64,000 nucleotides of DNA. It comes from a virus. Of this stretch, positions 63,992 to 64,000 are shown one piece after another; positions within the stretch are counted from its first letter, which is position 1; each line of letters opens with the position of its first letter. The notes below the pieces were generated by a model that saw nothing but the letters and a program-made list of their open reading frames with translations, was not told the DNA's origin and ran no database searches. Where the stretch lies: IMG/VR virus record IMGVR_UViG_3300048080_000243, one strand, 5' to 3'. A program made the translations under genes and the position numbers.

Positions 63992-64000
63992 GCTATCCTC

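Noticed and set aside
1-64000. Genome-wide TAG or TGA stop-codon reassignment
   Set aside because: Long genes are intact in the standard code, and TAG/TGA stops abut or overlap the next starts throughout. The 34423 case is isolated
1-64000. CRISPR array, tRNA, rRNA, reverse transcriptase/DGR, intron or intein
   Set aside because: No equal-length repeat-spacer arrays, cloverleafs, RT motifs or split genes were seen by eye; intergenic gaps are mostly under 100 bp. tRNAscan or Infernal would be needed to exclude them fully
1-64000. DatZ-type HD dATPase, PurB, major capsid protein, prohead protease, tail sheath
   Set aside because: No supporting motifs in this window; they may lie elsewhere in the genome, so absence here is not evidence against the hypotheses

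Overview
This window is a 64 kb internal segment of a large, high-GC (about 60% by eye) tailed dsDNA phage. About 100 genes lie on the minus strand, tightly packed with ATGA/GTGA overlaps and GGAGG ribosome-binding sites. The only credible plus-strand gene is an HNH endonuclease. In transcription order (64000 to 1) there are six blocks. (i) Replication and recombination: UDG-fused family A DNA polymerase, RecA/UvsX, SSB, Mre11/SbcD, Rad50/SbcC and a Holliday junction resolvase. (ii) Nucleotide handling: MazG-like protein, a degenerate thymidylate-synthase-like ORF and a HAD-kinase fusion. (iii) A putative small terminase followed by virion accessory and fibre genes. (iv) A nucleotide kinase plus a PurZ0-like adenylosuccinate-synthetase paralogue (Asp13 replaced by Ser), pointing to 2-aminoadenine (Z) DNA, with an HNH gene overlapping its 3' end. 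(v) A lysis cassette, large terminase, a 9 kb cluster of modular proteins made of small SH3-like domains joined by a repeated S-L-R-K-x-A linker (candidate processed internal-head polyproteins), portal and MuF. (vi) Accessory genes: LemA/TPM-like pair, DHH phosphoesterase, SF2 helicase with repeats, 5'-nucleotidase and a DNA methyltransferase. Two promoter-like classes are visible: near-consensus sigma70 sites, and an exact CGAAATAAC motif (5 copies, 4 of them exactly 5 nt before an ATG). I saw no major capsid protein, prohead protease, tail sheath, tRNA or CRISPR array. All functional calls come from motif reading only; no database search was run.
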